From positions 186,001 through 250,000 of the forward strand of contig NC_073407.1 in assembly GCF_028641065.1 (NCBI RefSeq): a DNA stretch of 64,000 nucleotides. The letters run 5' to 3'. Of the stretch, positions 63,491 to 64,000 are shown one piece after another. The notes below the pieces were generated by a model. The model was not told where the DNA came from. It made no database searches and saw only the letters and a list, made by a program, of their open reading frames with translations. Both the position numbers and the translations under genes were made by a program. How positions within the stretch are numbered: position 1 is the first letter of the stretch; each line of letters begins with the position of its first letter. The stretch is from Leucoraja erinacea (lineage: Eukaryota).

Positions 63491-64000
63491 TGTTGTGTTA
63501 TGGCTGTCCAAATAACTAGCACGTTTTTCTAATAATGTGGGAACCAGGCAGGGAGGGTTACTGTAAAGCTAGTGGGCCTAACTACAAAAACACGACTCAT
63601 AACATGAGTGACACTGATCTACATCCTTCCTCTTAAAGAATCAACAACAGTACAAACCCATTAACTAAGTCAAGCATGCATAGCAATTGATAATAAACTG
63701 GAGGAAAGTCAAACATAGTCCGGGTACTTCACAACCGGCTTAAAAACACGACCAGCACGTGTACGATAGAGACCATCTCTGTTCTTTCTGTCCGGGGACA
63801 GAGCAGGTGGCTGCACAGGTGAAAGAGACTGAAGCAGCATTCCTGGAGATGAAGCAGGAGACTGTGGCACAGGCGAAGTCGTCACTGGCAGAGGAGCCGT
63901 TGCAGACATGTGTTGTTGTGCTGGTATCGGCGGAGGAATGCCGCTCGTCACAGACGGAAGTGTACTAGTGCGGTCTGGATAATACGGAGGTGGAACTGGC
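63491..64000 (-). mobile_element. Gypsy-like LTR retrotransposon 3' end: pol C-terminus, PPT and 133-bp LTR
   Basis: ORF ends YRTRAGRVFKPVVKYPDYV*. PPT AAGAGGAAGGA (63634-63624) is followed by TGTA...AACA (63623-63491). Inserted in a CR1 fragment. Confidence 0.72.

Noticed and set aside
1-64000. Prokaryotic systems (CRISPR, retron, phage integrase/methylase)
   Set aside because: No spaced direct-repeat array. The recombinase and methyltransferase-like domains are integral parts of DIRS retrotransposons in vertebrate DNA.

Overview
Eukaryotic, repeat-dominated genomic DNA from a cartilaginous fish, most likely a skate or ray. This is inferred from the immunoglobulin sequence and the CR1/Penelope-rich repeat content. 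The only host gene I can support is an immunoglobulin heavy-chain locus on the minus strand: a leader exon (7017-6972) and a single, already-joined, in-frame V-D-J exon (6508-6137) with canonical splice sites and no internal RSS, i.e. a germline-joined IgH gene. Its constant exons are not visible and would lie beyond the left edge. Most of 15.5-48.5 kb is a tandem segmental duplication (unit A ~15465-27605, unit B ~28548-48530) whose copies carry different later insertions, so empty and filled sites can be compared directly. Unit B holds a full-length 5.1-kb DIRS1-type tyrosine-recombinase retrotransposon (gag, RT/RNaseH, MTase-like domain, YR, ITRs and ICR), and its empty AATAG target is preserved in unit A. 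Also present: a second, degraded DIRS; many CR1 LINE fragments; an L2; Rex1- and RTE-like fragments; Penelope-like pieces with hammerhead-like cores; a TIR element with a 7-bp TSD; an ERV-like LTR with a tRNA-Pro PBS; and the 3' end of a Gypsy-like element. Two assembly gaps (6781-6916, 7239-7463) lie inside and just upstream of the Ig gene.
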